Below are positions 62,621-64,000 of a stretch of 64,000 bases of DNA, in pieces (the first letter of the stretch is position 1; every line of letters starts with the position of its first letter). The DNA lies in contig DDJR01000048.1 of assembly GCA_002339135.1 (NCBI GenBank), forward strand, positions 17,989 to 81,988. Direction: 5' to 3'. Both the position numbers and the translations under genes were made by a program. The stretch comes from Flavobacteriales bacterium UBA2619 (GTDB taxonomy: Bacteria; Bacteroidota; Bacteroidia; Flavobacteriales_D; Sanyastnellaceae). Below the pieces are notes generated by a model, which had not been told where the DNA came from, searched no databases, and worked only from the letters and a program-made list of their open reading frames with translations.

Positions 62621-64000
62621 ATGAAACGCATTAGAAACTTCTGTATTATCGCTCACATCGACCATGGGAAAAGTACCCTTGCGGATAGACTTCTTCAAGA
62701 AACTGGTACCATTACTGAACGTCAGATGCAAGAGCAAACTCTCGATGACATGGACCTTGAGCGCGAGCGAGGGATTACCATCAAAAGTCATGCGATTCAG
62801 ATGCAGCATACCCACACTGACGGAAATGAATATATCCTGAATCTTATTGACACTCCGGGACACGTGGATTTTTCATACGAAGTGAGTCGTTCCATCGCTG
62901 CTTGCGAGGGTGCACTATTGATTGTTGATGCGACACAAGGAATCGAAGCCCAAACCATTTCCAACCTTTATCTAGCTCTGGAACACGACTTGGAAATAAT
63001 CCCTGTTCTGAACAAGATGGATTTAGATTCGGCTGATGCTGAAGAAGTTGGTGACCAGATTATAGATTTAATAGGCTGTGAACGCTCCGACATCATTCCG
63101 GCCTCTGGCAAGTCTGGATTGGGCGTGACGGATATTCTAAAGGCAGTTATAGACAAGGTCCCAGCCCCGAAAGCTGATCTAGAAGCTCCTTTTCAAGCCA
63201 TGATTTTTGATTCGGTTTTCAATAGTTTTAGAGGAATTATCGCATATTTCCGTGTTGTGAATGGAACCCTTAATCGTCGCGAAAAAGTAAAATTCCTGTC
63301 TACAGATAAAGAATACATTGCAGATGAAATTGGAGTTTTGGGTCTTGATCTGATTCCAAAAGAAACTTTAGGTGCTGGAGATGTTGGGTATATTATTTCC
63401 GGCATTAAGGAAGCGAAAGAAGTCAAAGTAGGGGATACGTTAACAACGTGTGAAAACCCTTGCACAGAAGCTGTTACAGGATTTGAAGATGTAAAACCCA
63501 TGGTGTTTGCGGGGGTATACCCGGTGGATACTGAGGATTATGAAGAGTTGAGGTTCTCTATGGAGAAACTACAACTCAATGACGCTTCGTTGGTCTTTGA
63601 GCCTGAAAGCTCCGCCGCCCTCGGGTTTGGATTCCGCTGCGGTTTCTTAGGCATGCTCCATATGGAAATTGTGCAGGAGAGACTTGAAAGAGAGTTCAAC
63701 ATGACTGTCATCACCACAGTCCCTAACGTGAGTTATATAGCCCACATGCCTAAAGGAGTCCAAAAAATCATCAACAATCCCTCTGATCTTCCTGAAAACA
63801 AAGGTTTGGTCAAAGTTGAGGAGCCATACATTAAAGCTCAAATCATCACCAAATCAGACTACATTGGACCTGTAATGAGCCTTTGCATCCAAAAGCGTGG
63901 TGAACTGGTAAGCCAAGTGTACTTAACCTCCGATAGAGTGGAACTTACCTTCAGCATGCCGCTTGGTGAAATTGTCTTCGATTTTTATGACAAGCTCAAG
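62621..64000 (+). CDS. lepA: Translation elongation factor 4 (LepA), 3' end beyond the window
   Basis: [33 protein letters not shown] and NKMD GTPase motifs. Frame is open to the window end. Not in the ORF track because it is incomplete. Confidence 0.96.
   Translation, partial: MKRIRNFCIIAHIDHGKSTLADRLLQETGTITERQMQEQTLDDMDLERERGITIKSHAIQMQHTHTDGNEYILNLIDTPGHVDFSYEVSRSIAACEGALLIVDATQGIEAQTISNLYLALEHDLEIIPVLNKMDLDSADAEEVGDQIIDLIGCERSDIIPASGKSGLGVTDILKAVIDKVPAPKADLEAPFQAMIFDSVFNSFRGIIAYFRVVNGTLNRREKVKFLSTDKEYIADEIGVLGLDLIPKETLGAGDVGYIISGIKEAKEVKVGDTLTTCENPCTEAVTGFEDVKPMVFAGVYPVDTEDYEELRFSMEKLQLNDASLVFEPESSAALGFGFRCGFLGMLHMEIVQERLEREFNMTVITTVPNVSYIAHMPKGVQKIINNPSDLPENKGLVKVEEPYIKAQIITKSDYIGPVMSLCIQKRGELVSQVYLTSDRVELTFSMPLGEIVFDFYDKLK

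Noticed and set aside
62606-63841. Several 60-100-aa minus-strand ORFs within the lepA region
   Set aside because: All of them lie antisense to the clearly recognisable LepA coding frame, which the ORF track omitted only because it runs off the window.

Overview
This is a coding-dense (over 90%) chromosomal segment that looks like a marine member of Bacteroidota, probably Flavobacteriales. That placement is an inference from three things: T9SS type A and type B C-terminal sorting domains, TAnnTTTG -7 promoter boxes, and the ftsX-DUF3098-uppP arrangement. I call about 57 protein genes. I recognised no rRNA, tRNA, CRISPR array, transposase, integrase, phage or classical defense genes.

Most of the window is housekeeping:
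- tRNA and translation: serS, aspS, trpS, truB, queA, rsmA, rsmI, lepA
- DNA repair: mfd, radA
- metabolism and envelope: fbp, ftsX, uppP
- a complete sufA-B-C-D-S-E iron-sulfur cluster assembly operon

The parts most worth a second look:
1. An animal-like cysteine dioxygenase plus a CSAD-like PLP decarboxylase (a predicted cysteine -> hypotaurine module), next to a divergent Na+/solute symporter.
2. A divergent DtxR-family repressor and TonB-dependent receptor pair. A perfect 18-bp palindromic operator sits in the receptor promoter, and the regulator has Mn-type rather than Fe-type ligand residues.
3. A suf operon that carries two small rhodaneses between sufS and sufE and continues without a break into a flippase-sulfotransferase pair.
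4. A secreted amidohydrolase pair in which only one of three amidohydrolase modules keeps the HxH metal motif.
5. Secreted and T9SS cargo proteins with an unannotated Cys-rich CNYD repeat, a NIDO-like module and a dockerin-like tail.
6. -7 promoter boxes placed exactly 4 nt upstream of several ATG start codons, which suggests leaderless mRNAs.

Nothing here is demonstrably a new multi-gene system. All functional calls come from reading motifs by eye and need database or experimental confirmation. The supplied ORF track uses the most upstream ATG/GTG/TTG, so I trimmed several starts.
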